From an uncultured Thermoleophilia bacterium (GTDB taxonomy: Bacteria; Actinomycetota; Thermoleophilia; Gaiellales; F1-60-MAGs149), in the NCBI GenBank assembly GCA_963800515.1, contig CAWDBC010000006.1, forward strand, positions 2,087 to 66,086: a stretch of DNA of 64,000 bases, written 5' to 3'. Below the pieces are notes generated by a model, which was given only the letters and a program-made list of their open reading frames with translations, searched no databases and was not told where the DNA came from. A program made the translations under genes and the position numbers. This document shows positions 33,775 to 43,103 of the stretch, in pieces. Within the stretch, counting starts at the first letter, position 1. Each line of letters begins with the position of its first letter.

Positions 33775-33922
33775 ACCCGGCCCCAGCCCGACGCCCTACG
33801 CGCCGTCCGACCACCGCAGGCATCCTCCGCACCACGACAGCCGTCCCGCTGGTGGCGATTCGGCCCGACCCGGGCGCAGCCCGATACCCTACGCGCCGTC
33901 CCATGGGCATCCTCCGCACCAC
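33775..33922 (+). repeat. Imperfect ~55-60-bp direct repeat, 93-bp period; the second copy contains the GT2 start codon
   Basis: Copy 1 is 33775-33835 and copy 2 is 33868-33922. Shared cores are CAGCCCGA[C/T][G/A]CCCTACGCGCCGTCC (33784-33808 vs 33877-33901, 2 mismatches) and the identical 16-mer GCATCCTCCGCACCAC (33820-33835 vs 33907-33922). Confidence 0.85.
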
Positions 33923-35042
33923 CATGGTCGCCGCCGCCGGGGGCATCGCCTGGACCCACGTCGGCTACCCGGCCACGGCGGCCGTCCTGGCGCGCCGCAT
34001 CGCCTACCGCCCGCGGCGCGACGACGCCTACGCGCCCCGCGTCGTCCTCGTCATCGCGGCCCACGACGAGGAGGCGGTGATCGGCGAGCGGCTGGAGAAC
34101 GCACTCGCGCTCGACTACCCCGCCGGCCGGCTCGAGATCGTGGTCACCTCCGACGCCTCCACCGACCGGACGCACGACATCGTCCGCTCGTTCGCCGCTC
34201 GCGGCGTGCGGCTGATCGAGAACGAGCGCGGCGGCAAGCTCCCGGCCCAGCAGGCCGCCGTGCGGGCCACCGAGTCGGAGCTGATCGCGTTCTCCGACGC
34301 CAACTCGATGTGGTGCCCTGACGCGCTCCGGCGCCTCGTCGCGAACCTCGCCGACCCCGAGGTCGGCTACGTCTGCGGCCAGCTGCGGCTGACCGGACCC
34401 GAGGGCAGCCCGAACCGCGAGGGCCTCTACTGGCGCTACGAGCTCTGGCTGCGGCGTCAGGAGTCGCTCCTCGGCTCGGTCACGGCGGGCAACGGCGCGA
34501 TCTACGCGATCCGGCGCTCTGCCTACCTCGAGCTGCCGCCGTTCCTGGGCCACGACCTGTCCCTGCCGTTCCGGCTCGGGCGGCGGGGCCTGCGCGCCGT
34601 CTACGAGCCGGAAGCGGTCGCCCTCGAACCGGCCGCCGCGACCAGCGGCGACGAGTGGGGCCGCAAGGTGCGGATGATGAGCCGCTCGTGGTGGAACCTG
34701 ACGCGCGGCGGGATGCTCGACCCCCGGAGTCAACGCCCCCTGTACGTCTTCCAGCTCTACTCGCACCGCCTCCTCCGCTACGCCTCGGGCCTCCTCCACG
34801 CCGCCCTGCTCATCTCGAGCGCCGTCCTCGCACCGACCTCCGGGCTCGCGGCCGTGCTCCTCGGCGGGCAGCTGGCCTGGCTCGCCCTCGCGGCCGCCGG
34901 TTGGCGGCGTCCGGGGAGGATCCCGCTCGCCGCGGTCGCCTGGTACTACCTCGTCGTCACGGCGGCCTCGGCGGCCGCGCTCGGCCAGCTCCTGCGACGG
35001 GGCCCGCAGGCGACGTGGCGGCAGGCCGAGGGGACCCGGTGA
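33903..35042 (+). CDS. Membrane family 2 glycosyltransferase (processive-synthase-like architecture)
   Basis: ATG 33903 within ORF 33852..35042. ..VVLVIAAHDEEAVIGERLEN..IVVTSDASTDRT..AFSDANSMW..GAIYAIRR..GHDLSLPF..EWGRKVRMMSRSW.., followed by C-terminal TM helices. Confidence 0.85.
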   Translation: MGILRTTMVAAAGGIAWTHVGYPATAAVLARRIAYRPRRDDAYAPRVVLVIAAHDEEAVIGERLENALALDYPAGRLEIVVTSDASTDRTHDIVRSFAARGVRLIENERGGKLPAQQAAVRATESELIAFSDANSMWCPDALRRLVANLADPEVGYVCGQLRLTGPEGSPNREGLYWRYELWLRRQESLLGSVTAGNGAIYAIRRSAYLELPPFLGHDLSLPFRLGRRGLRAVYEPEAVALEPAAATSGDEWGRKVRMMSRSWWNLTRGGMLDPRSQRPLYVFQLYSHRLLRYASGLLHAALLISSAVLAPTSGLAAVLLGGQLAWLALAAAGWRRPGRIPLAAVAWYYLVVTAASAAALGQLLRRGPQATWRQAEGTR

Positions 35043-35695
35043 GCCTCCTGCGCGGAGCGGGGTACGACCGCCTGAAGCGCGCCGCGGACGTCGCGATCGC
35101 CCTCGCCGCGCTCACGGCGTCGGCGCCGGTGATCGCGGTCGCCGCGCTCGCCGTCCGGCGGGAGTCGCCGGGCGGGGCGTTCTTCCGCCAGCGCCGGGTG
35201 GGGCGCCACGGCGTCGACTTCGACGTCGTCAAGCTGCGGACGATGGTGGCCGGCGCGGAGTCGATGGGCGCGGGCTACGCGCTCAGCGACGGCGACGCGC
35301 GGATCACCCGGATTGGCAACCTGCTGCGGCGGACGTCGATCGACGAGCTGCCGCAGCTCTGGAACGTCCTCGTCGGCGAGATGTCGATCGTGGGCCCGCG
35401 GCCGACCCTGCGCTACCAGGTCGACACGTACACGGACCACCAGCGCCGCCGGCTCGAGGTCCGGCCCGGGGTCACCGGCTGGGCCCAGGTCCGGGGGCGC
35501 GCGGCGCTGCCCTGGGCCGAGCGGATCGAGCTCGACGTCTGGTACGTCGACAACCGCTCCCTCCTCCTCGACCTGCGGATCCTGGCGCTGACCGTGAAGA
35601 CGGTGCTCCGGCCGAGCGACACCTATCGCGGGCAGTCCGGCGGCTGGCAGCCGGCGGCGGACCCCGTCACCCGTCCGGGCGTCGCCGCGCTGTGA
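35039..35695 (+). CDS. Small (PglC/WecA-independent bacterial sugar transferase type) phosphoglycosyl transferase, initiating enzyme
   Basis: GTG 35039 overlaps the upstream TGA (GTGA). ..[86 protein letters not shown].. Confidence 0.9.
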   Translation: MSLLRGAGYDRLKRAADVAIALAALTASAPVIAVAALAVRRESPGGAFFRQRRVGRHGVDFDVVKLRTMVAGAESMGAGYALSDGDARITRIGNLLRRTSIDELPQLWNVLVGEMSIVGPRPTLRYQVDTYTDHQRRRLEVRPGVTGWAQVRGRAALPWAERIELDVWYVDNRSLLLDLRILALTVKTVLRPSDTYRGQSGGWQPAADPVTRPGVAAL

Positions 35696-36753
35696 ACATC
35701 CTCCTCACCTGCGTCGGGCTCCGCGTCGACAACGTCGTCGCCTACCGGAACGCCCTGGCGGCCGTCGGCCTCGAGGGGGAGATCATCGGCACCGACGCCC
35801 AGGAGATCGCCCCGGCCCTCCACTTCTGCGATCGCTACGCCCTCGCCCCCCGGGTCTCCGACCCCGCCTACCCGGAGAGCCTGCTCGACCTCGTCGAGCG
35901 ACACGCGATCCGGATGGTCGCTCCGCTCTCCGACCTCGACATCGTGCTCCTCGCGGGCCTCGAGGCCGAGCTCGCCGCGCGGGGGGCGATCGCCTGGGTC
36001 CCCGAGGAGCGCGTCGCCAGGATCTGCGTGGACAAGTACCTGATGGGCGCCTGGCTCGAGGAGCACGGCTTCGCCACGCCGCGCACCTTCCTCCCGGACG
36101 CGCTGCCGGACGACCTCGCCTATCCCGTCCTCGTGAAGATGCGGGAGGGATCCGGGTCGGCGAACATCTTCCGCGCCGCCGACGCCCGCGAGCTCGCGTT
36201 CTTCGTGCGCTACGCGAGCGTGCCGGTGATGGTCCAGGAGCTCTGCGCCGGCGAGGAGCTCTCCTCCGACCTCTTCTGCGATCGCCGGGGGCGGATGCTG
36301 AACGTCGTCTCCCGCACCATGGGTGGCGCCAAGGGCGGCGAGCAGATCAAGGGGGAGACGTTCGTCCGCGACGATCTGACCGCGTACCTGCAGGCCGTCG
36401 CCGAGGCCCTGCCGCTCCGGGGCCCCGCGTGCATCCAGGTCTTCGAGACCCGCCCGGGCCGGTTCGAGGTGACGGACATCAACGCCCGGACCGGCGGCGG
36501 GTTCCCGCTGCCGCTGGCCGCCGCCCGGACCCCGTTCCCGGAGCTCGCGGTCCGGATCGCGGCGGGTGAGGAGGTCGAGCCGCACGTCGGCGCGATCGAG
36601 TCGGAGCTGATCCTGTCGCGCTTCTTCCACCAGGTCGTGATGCGCCGGCGCGACCACGGGTACGACGTCCGGGTGCAGGAGCCGATCGCCCTCCCGGAGC
36701 CGCGCGGACGGCCGCTGGAGGCGCCGCTCAGGGATGGCGCCCCATCCGCCTAG
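35692..36753 (+). CDS. ATP-grasp ligase (carbamoyl-phosphate-synthase-L-like fold)
   Basis: GTG 35692 overlaps the upstream TGA (GTGA). [87 protein letters not shown].. Confidence 0.82.
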   Translation: MNILLTCVGLRVDNVVAYRNALAAVGLEGEIIGTDAQEIAPALHFCDRYALAPRVSDPAYPESLLDLVERHAIRMVAPLSDLDIVLLAGLEAELAARGAIAWVPEERVARICVDKYLMGAWLEEHGFATPRTFLPDALPDDLAYPVLVKMREGSGSANIFRAADARELAFFVRYASVPVMVQELCAGEELSSDLFCDRRGRMLNVVSRTMGGAKGGEQIKGETFVRDDLTAYLQAVAEALPLRGPACIQVFETRPGRFEVTDINARTGGGFPLPLAAARTPFPELAVRIAAGEEVEPHVGAIESELILSRFFHQVVMRRRDHGYDVRVQEPIALPEPRGRPLEAPLRDGAPSA

Positions 36754-36824
36754 CGCCGCCCGCCGCCGCCGCCGGAGCCCGCGCGGCGAGGCGCGGGCCG
36801 GTTCGAGGCGGTAGCGTTCGCCGC

Positions 36825-37772
36825 ATGCGCGGCCGGCGCCCAGGGCTTCCGCTCGCCGCCGCGATCGGCGCGGTCGTCCTCTCCTCGGGAATGCCGTCCA
36901 CGTCTGCCGCGGCCGCGACGGGAGCCCGGCGGCCGTTGGCGGCCGCCGCCGCCCCGGCCGGCGTCTACCAGGGCCTCGGCGCGTGGATCGACATCTACGA
37001 CCGGGCCGAGTGGGCGGCGCCGGTCGCCGCCGTCCAGTCGCTCGTCGACCACGGCGTCCGCACGCTCTACCTGGAGACCGGCAACTCGGCGCAGGCGACC
37101 GCGATCGTGCGACCGCGGACGGTGCGGGCGTTCCTCGACGCCGCGCATCGCCGCAGGATGCGGGTCGTCGCCTGGTACCTGCCGACGCTCCTGACGCCCG
37201 ACCGGGACTTCCGCCGCATCCGCGCCGCGATCGCGATCGCGAGCCCGGCCGGCGTCCGGTTCGACGGCTTCGCGCTCGACATCGAGTCGTCGTCCGTCCG
37301 CCGGGTCGCCGAGCGCAACCGCCGGACGCTCGCCCTCGCCCGCCGCGTGCGCTCCCTCGTGGGGCTCTCCTATCCCCTCGGCGCCATCATCCCGTCGCCC
37401 CTCGGAATGCAGCTCTCGCCGACCTACTGGCCCGCCTTCCCCTACCGGGCCCTCGGCGGGCTGGTCGACGCCTTCCTGCCGATGGCGTATTCGAGCTACC
37501 ACGTCTCGGGGGCACCGCGGACCTACGACTACACCGTCTCGAGCGTCGAGATCCTGCGCCTCGCGACCGGGCGGCCGACCGTTCCGATCCATCTCATCGG
37601 AGGGATCGCGGATCGGCTCGACGGGCCGGAGCGGCGAGCGGTGGCGCAGGCGGCGACGGCCGAGGGCGTCGTCGGCGTCAGCCTCTACGGCCTGATGCCC
37701 ACTGCGGTCCACGGCTGGCCGACGCTCCTCGCCGCCGTCCCGCCGCGACCCGCCCGGCGCGACCACGTGTAG
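36825..37772 (+). CDS. Secreted hypothetical protein, glycoside-hydrolase-like TIM-barrel candidate
   Basis: Signal peptide MRGRRPGLPLAAAIGAVVLSSGMPSTSAAAA. ..GLGAWIDIYD..VRTLYLETGN..MRVVAWYLP..FDGFALDIES..FLPMAYSSY.. The product call is tentative. Confidence 0.6.
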   Translation: MRGRRPGLPLAAAIGAVVLSSGMPSTSAAAATGARRPLAAAAAPAGVYQGLGAWIDIYDRAEWAAPVAAVQSLVDHGVRTLYLETGNSAQATAIVRPRTVRAFLDAAHRRRMRVVAWYLPTLLTPDRDFRRIRAAIAIASPAGVRFDGFALDIESSSVRRVAERNRRTLALARRVRSLVGLSYPLGAIIPSPLGMQLSPTYWPAFPYRALGGLVDAFLPMAYSSYHVSGAPRTYDYTVSSVEILRLATGRPTVPIHLIGGIADRLDGPERRAVAQAATAEGVVGVSLYGLMPTAVHGWPTLLAAVPPRPARRDHV

Positions 37773-37864
37773 CTCGTTTGCCGAATGCGGGGGAGGATCG
37801 CGATCACTCGCCGCCGCGCCCGTCGTCTCCACGACATCGGAAACGCCGAACCCCGGAGGTCGAA

Positions 37865-38311
37865 ATGCCCAGTTCCCGCATGCTCTTCACGAACATCGCC
37901 GTCGCGGACCTCGAGGCCGCCAAGGCCTTCTTCGGCAAGCTCGGCTTCTCCTTCGACCCGCGCTTCACGAACGACGGCGGCGCGGCGATGCCGATCAACG
38001 ACCTCGCGGTCGTCATGCTGATCCCGAAGGCGCGCTTCGAGGAGTTCGCCACCAAGCCCGTCGTCGACTCGACCACGGCCACCGAGGCACTCCTCTGCGT
38101 CTCGGCCGACAGCCGCGAGGCCTGCGACTCGTTCGCCGAGACGGCACTCGCCGCCGGCGCGACGCCCGCCAAGGAGCCGCTGGACTTCGGGTTCATGTAC
38201 GGGCGCAGCTTCAACGACCCGGACGGCCACCACTGGGAGGTCATGTGGATGGACCCGAAGGCGGTCGAGGTCGGGCCGGAGGCGTACGCCTCGCAGGGCT
38301 CGGCGGCGTAG
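37865..38311 (+). CDS. VOC/glyoxalase-fold protein
   Basis: GGAGGT RBS before ATG 37865. MPSSRMLFTNIAVADLEAAKAFFGKLGFSF..GFMYGRSFNDPDGHHWEVMWMDP.. This is the tail of ORF 36983..38311. Confidence 0.8.
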   Translation: MPSSRMLFTNIAVADLEAAKAFFGKLGFSFDPRFTNDGGAAMPINDLAVVMLIPKARFEEFATKPVVDSTTATEALLCVSADSREACDSFAETALAAGATPAKEPLDFGFMYGRSFNDPDGHHWEVMWMDPKAVEVGPEAYASQGSAA

Positions 38312-38574
38312 GCGGTCCGGACGGGGGTGCGGGGCTCGACCGGAGCCCTGCACCATCCGCCCGGAGCCTCGAAGCGCTCACCGTAGGGGCGGTAGATCTC
38401 GCTGAGGGCGCGGCAGACCTCCGGATCGCGATCGGCGAACGCTCAGAACTCCGCCCGGAACGGCCACGCGACGTTCGCCGCATCGTGGTCGACGACCGCG
38501 CAGAAGCGCAGGTCGTCGGCCACCTGCAGCACGGCTCGACTGGCCTCCTGAGCGGGCGACGGGCTTCGTCCGGA

Positions 38575-39715
38575 TCAGGCGCGGGCGTACACCTCGTCGA
38601 TCGTCCGGCGCGCGATCCGGGACCAGGAATACGGCCCGTCGGCTGCGGCCCGGCCCGCCGCGCCGAGTCTCCGGCGCTCGGCGGGGTCGTCGAGGAGCGC
38701 CGCGATCGCCTCGCCGAGCGCCTCCGGATCCCGGGGCGGCACGACGACTCCGCAGCCGGCGCCCTCCACGGTCTCCCGGAAGCCGCCGACGTCGGTGACG
38801 ACGAGCGGGCGACCGAGCGCGAGCGCGGTGAAGAGGACGCCGGACTGGTCGGCCGCCCGGTACGGGAGGACGACGACGTCCGCCCGCTCGAAGGCGCCCG
38901 CGAACACGTCGGCGTCGGCGTAGCCGAGCCGGAGCGAGACGCCGTCGCCCTCGAGCTCGCGCGCCCGCTCGAGGTCCGGCTCGGCCTCCCGACCGAGGGC
39001 GGCCCCGAGGATCAGGAGTCGGGCAGCGGGCACCCGCAGGCGCACGGCCGGCCAGGCCTCGAGCAGGTCGGCGAGACCCTTGTAGGGACGGATCAGGCCG
39101 GCGAAGAGGACGACCGGGGCACCTTCGGGCAGGTCGCCGGGCGGAACGGCGCCGAGGCCGCGATAGGCGTCGAGCGCACCGTGGGGGATCGACGGAGACG
39201 GCGGCGGCGGGGGCGCCGTAGGCGAGCACCTGGGCGCGGCCGGCCGTCGAGTGGACGACCACGGCGTCGACGGCGCGGACGTTGGCGGCGACGGTGGCCC
39301 GTCCGACCGCGTCGCCGTCACGGGCCACCGCGTTGTGGGCCGTGTAGACGACCCGGAGCCCGAGTCGGCGGGCGAGGCGCCAGAAGAGCCGGTCGACGCG
39401 GCGCAGCGGCAGCCACTGGACGTGCACGACGTCGGGTCGCGTGACGGCGAGCCGGCCGACGAGGAGCGCCAGGTCGAGCGGATGCTCGAGGCCGCGGGCC
39501 AGCCGGCGGAGCGGCGCCGGCAGCGACGCGGGCAGCGCATCGGCCAGCCGGTAGAACGACTCGCGGACGCGGAGCGCCTTCACCGGTGGGAGTCGGCCGT
39601 GCCGGAACCGGCTGGTCACGAGCTCGACCCGGCTCCCCGCGGCGACGAGCGCGTCGCCCAGGGCGTGGTCGTACGGGCGGGAATCGCCGCGCGGGTCGAC
39701 GAGGACGATCCGCAT
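38575..39715 (-). pseudogene. Family 4 glycosyltransferase, one frameshift
   Basis: Head MRIVLVDPRGDSRPYDHALGDAL..VVHVQWLP..VVYTAHNA..VVVHS (ORF 38378..40759). Tail IPHGALDAYRG..VVLFAGLIRPYKGL..LILGAA..VVLPYRAADQSGVLFTALALGRPLVVTDVGGF (ORF 38575..39540). GTCTCCGTCGATCCCCCACGG (gene strand, about 39190) would read ..VSVIPHG.. without one G. Confidence 0.8.
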
Positions 39716-41028
39716 CAGGACCCGCGCGGCCGGACGCGCGTGATCGAGCCGACGCCGACGAAGTAGAACGCGTCGCGGGTGACCACGGGCGAGGAGTAGC
39801 GCCCCTCGTCGAAGGTTCCCAGCTTCCTGCCGGTCCGGGCGTCCAGGAAGTACGTCTGGCCGCCGAACGACGCGAAGTAGACGATGCCGGCGACCACCGT
39901 CGCCGAGCCTCCGACCGCCCCGGCCGCGCGGAAGCTCCAGCGCGTCCGGCCGGTGCGCGCGTCGTAGGCCGTGAACGTGCCGTCGTAGGAGCCGACGTAG
40001 ACGGTCTGGTTCCAGACCGCCGGACCGCCGTAGACGTACCCGCCCGTCGGCCGCGTCCAGGCGATCTCGCCGGTCGACTCGGAGAGGGAGTAGACGCGGC
40101 CGTCGGTGCCGCCGATGTAGACGCGCCCGTAGGCGATCGCCGGCGTCGAGTAGAAGGTGCCGGCCGCCACGCCGTAGACGGGAAGGCCGGACGTGCGCCA
40201 GATCTCGCGCCCGGTGCGCGCGTTCAGCGCGTGGACGCGGCCGTCGTAGGCGCCCACGAAGAGCCGGCCGGCGTCGTAGGCGGCGGCCCCCTTGATGGCG
40301 CCCCCGAGGTTGGTGCGCCAGAGGACCCGGCCGGAGCCGGGGTTGAGGGCGTAGAGCCACCCGGACTCGGAGCCGACGATGAGCTCCGAGCCGACGAGGA
40401 CGGGCGAGCACTCCGTCCGTGAGCCCACGCTGAAGGTCCAGTCGACCCTGCCCGTCCGCCGGTCGAGGGCGTAGACGTTGCCACCGAGGGACGAGGCGAA
40501 GACGGTGGTCGGCGAGAGGTACGGCGTCGCCGCCATCGGCGCCTGCAGCCGCGCCCGCCACACCGTCCGACCGTTGCCGGGATCGAGCGCGACGACCTGG
40601 CCGCGGGCGTTCTGGACGTAGACGCCCTGGTCGTCGGCCACGGGCGGGAACTCGACGAGGGAGCCGAGCCCGACCCGCCAGACGCGGTCGAACGGCGGCC
40701 GCTGGGCGGCCTGCGGGTTGTACCTCGTGTGCGCGAGGTCGAAGCCGAACATCGTCCACGGCGTCGCCACGGGCACGCTCGTCGTCGTCGCCGGGGAGCT
40801 CGACGCGGGGGCGGTCGTCGCCGTGCCGGGGGCGGAGGCGGTCGGCGCGGTCGCCGGAGGGACGGAGGCGGTGTCGGTCGGCGCAGGGGCGGTCGGCGAC
40901 GCGGCCTCGGTCGTCGGGTTGAAGGCCACCTCGGCGCCGCGGTTCACGTTCTGCGCGTTCCGGCTCTGGATGCCGGATGCGGCGATCGCGCAGCCCGTGG
41001 TCGCGACGACGGCGACGGCGACGCGCAT
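39715..41028 (-). CDS. PQQ-like beta-propeller repeat lipoprotein (BamB/YfgL-like fold)
   Basis: ATG at 41028, with lipobox-like MRVAVAVVATTGC and a Thr/Pro/Ala-rich linker. Then repeated ..G.VYALD..TGR..W.. blades (GQVVALDPGNGRTVWR, GNVYALDRRTGRVDWT, GWLYALNPGSGRVLWR, GRVHALNARTGREIWR, GRVYSLSESTGEIAWT, GTFTAYDARTGRTRWS). The stop overlaps the GT4 start (TGATG). Confidence 0.8.
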   Translation of the reverse strand: MRVAVAVVATTGCAIAASGIQSRNAQNVNRGAEVAFNPTTEAASPTAPAPTDTASVPPATAPTASAPGTATTAPASSSPATTTSVPVATPWTMFGFDLAHTRYNPQAAQRPPFDRVWRVGLGSLVEFPPVADDQGVYVQNARGQVVALDPGNGRTVWRARLQAPMAATPYLSPTTVFASSLGGNVYALDRRTGRVDWTFSVGSRTECSPVLVGSELIVGSESGWLYALNPGSGRVLWRTNLGGAIKGAAAYDAGRLFVGAYDGRVHALNARTGREIWRTSGLPVYGVAAGTFYSTPAIAYGRVYIGGTDGRVYSLSESTGEIAWTRPTGGYVYGGPAVWNQTVYVGSYDGTFTAYDARTGRTRWSFRAAGAVGGSATVVAGIVYFASFGGQTYFLDARTGRKLGTFDEGRYSSPVVTRDAFYFVGVGSITRVRPRGS

Positions 41029-41133
41029 GGCCGTACGGAGACGGGGGCGCACGGCGCGGAGTGTACGGACGGCGCGCCGGACGGGCGGCGGCCTCTGCCG
41101 CTCCCCGCCGGCGCGACCGCTAGCATCGCGCCC

Positions 41134-42045
41134 GTGTCCGACGTCGGCCCCACCTCGCCCGGGAGGTCTTCCGAGTCCACCGGGGCCGAGGTCGAGGCAG
41201 AGGCGGAGGCGGTGCGGCAGGAGGTCGACCTCGGCCGGTACGCCCGCCGGGTCCTCGCCTCGTGGTGGATCGTCGTCATCTGCGTCGCCGGCGGCATCGC
41301 GCTCGGCCTCACCCGGTCGACGACGACGAAGGCGACGTTCTCGGCCTCGACCGTCGTCGCGATCGGCCAGCCGCTGACTCCGACGGGTGGCCTCGTCGCG
41401 GGCGCGCCGCAGGCGAACACGGCCCTGCCGGCGACGATCCTCAAGGAGCAGGGCACGCAGGACGCCGCGACGAGGGCGGCGGGGCTGAAGGAGGGCGCGC
41501 TCGTCGGGCACGTCTCGACGCAGGTCGTCCAGAGCTCCGCGAAGTCGACGAACGTGACCCCGCTCGTGACGATCACCGTCGAGGGCCCCTGGGGCAAGGA
41601 CGCGGTCGCGAAGGCCGCCGACGCGCTCGCCGCCGTCCTCGTCCAGCGGACGAGCACGTACCAGCTCCAGCAGGAGAAGCTCCTGCAGGCCCAGCTGCGC
41701 GGGATCCAGCAGCGGATCAGCGAGCTCCAGAAGGCGAGCGAGCGGGCCCAGGCGTCGATCGACCGGCTCGGCAGAACGCCGGCCGAGGCGGCGCTCAGCA
41801 CCGTCTACCTCAACATCATCGACTCCAACAACGCCCTCGAGTTCGGCCTGCGCGGCAACGTGACCGCCGCCCAGGGCACGCTCTCCCTCGTCCAGCAGAT
41901 CGAGATGTCGAACGTCCAGGCCCCCGCCCGCGGCCGGGCGATCAACGCGCAGACGAAGCACGCGAGCCTCGTCGTCTCCGCGCTGCTCGGACTGCTGGTC
42001 GGGATCGCCGCGGCGCTCGCGGTGGCGACCATCCGTCGCCGCTGA
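41134..42045 (+). CDS. Wzz-like polysaccharide co-polymerase (chain-length determinant topology, no kinase domain)
   Basis: GTG 41134 within ORF 40729..42045. N-terminal TM WWIVVICVAGGIALGL, a periplasm-like coiled coil (..YQLQQEKLLQAQLRGIQQRISELQKASERAQASIDRL..), and C-terminal TM LVVSALLGLLVGIAAALAVA then RRR. Confidence 0.7.
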   Translation: MSDVGPTSPGRSSESTGAEVEAEAEAVRQEVDLGRYARRVLASWWIVVICVAGGIALGLTRSTTTKATFSASTVVAIGQPLTPTGGLVAGAPQANTALPATILKEQGTQDAATRAAGLKEGALVGHVSTQVVQSSAKSTNVTPLVTITVEGPWGKDAVAKAADALAAVLVQRTSTYQLQQEKLLQAQLRGIQQRISELQKASERAQASIDRLGRTPAEAALSTVYLNIIDSNNALEFGLRGNVTAAQGTLSLVQQIEMSNVQAPARGRAINAQTKHASLVVSALLGLLVGIAAALAVATIRRR

Positions 42046-42140
42046 GCCGGCTCGCCGGCGGCCTCTCGGCCGCCCGTTTGCAGGACGTATGCTTTTCGTG
42101 GGCGCCGCGCTCGAATCGCGTCCCGGGCTTCCCCGACCGG

Positions 42141-42146
42141 TAGGAT
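42141..42146 (+). promoter_or_regulatory. -10-like hexamer TAGGAT placed for a leaderless transcript of the decarboxylase gene
   Basis: TAGGAT at 42141-42146. The GTG start at 42155 lies 8 nt after it, and there is no SD-like sequence between them. Confidence 0.3.
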
Positions 42147-42154
42147 GAGCTTCC

Positions 42155-43103
42155 GTGCCTACCTCCGTCGTCACCGGGGGTGCGGGGTTCCTCGGCTCCC
42201 ACCTCTGCGAATACCTGCTCGAGCGCGGCCACCGCGTCCTCTGCCTGGACAACCTGGACACGGGCTCGCTGACCAACCTGGAGCACCTCCGCGAACCCGA
42301 CTTCGTGTTCCTCCAGCACGACGTCACGGCGTTCATCGACATCCCCGAGCCCGTGGACTTCGTGTTCCACTTCGCGTCGCCCGCGAGCCCGATCGACTAC
42401 CTCCGCCTGCCGTTGCAGACGCTGAAGGTGGGCTCCTACGGCACGCACCACGCCCTCGGCCTCGCCAAGGCCAAGCGCGCCCGCTTCCTGACGGCGTCGA
42501 CGAGCGAGATCTACGGCGACCCGCACGGTCCACCCGCAGCCGGAGTCGTACTGGGGGAACGTCAACTCGATCGGCCCGCGCGGCGTCTACGACGAGGCGA
42601 AGCGCTACGCCGAGGCGCTGACCATGGCCTACCACCGACAGCAGGGCGTCGACACGGCGATCGTCCGCATCTTCAACACCTACGGGCCCCGCATGCGGGC
42701 CTTCGACGGCCGCGCCATCCCGACCTTCATCCGCCAGGCCCTGGAGGGCAAGCCGATCACGATCTTCGGCGACGGGGAGCAGACGCGCTCCTTCTGCTAC
42801 GTGTCGGACCTCGTCGAGGGCATCTGGCGGCTCGCGGAGTCGGGCGTGCACGAGCCGGTGAACATCGGCAACCCCGGCGAGTTCACGATCCGGGAGCTCG
42901 CGGAGCTCGTGATCGAGCTGACCGGATCGCCGAGCGAGCTCGTCCGCGAGGCGCTTCCGAAGGACGATCCGCAACAACGCAGACCCGATATCACGAAAGC
43001 GAAGGAGCTTCTCGGTTGGGAACCCACGATCGATCTCAGAACCGGCCTGACCCATCTCCTCGAGCGGTCGGCCCGCTCCGAGCTCGTCGGACGGCAGGCG
43101 TGA
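42155..43103 (+). pseudogene. UDP-glucuronate decarboxylase (UDP-xylose synthase, SDR), one frameshift
   Basis: Head [37 protein letters not shown] (ORF 42155..44224). Tail [60 protein letters not shown] (ORF 42624..43103 frame). CCGCACGGTCCACCCG at 42521-42536 reads DPHVHPQPE if one G of the GG at 42527-42528 is removed. Confidence 0.88.
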
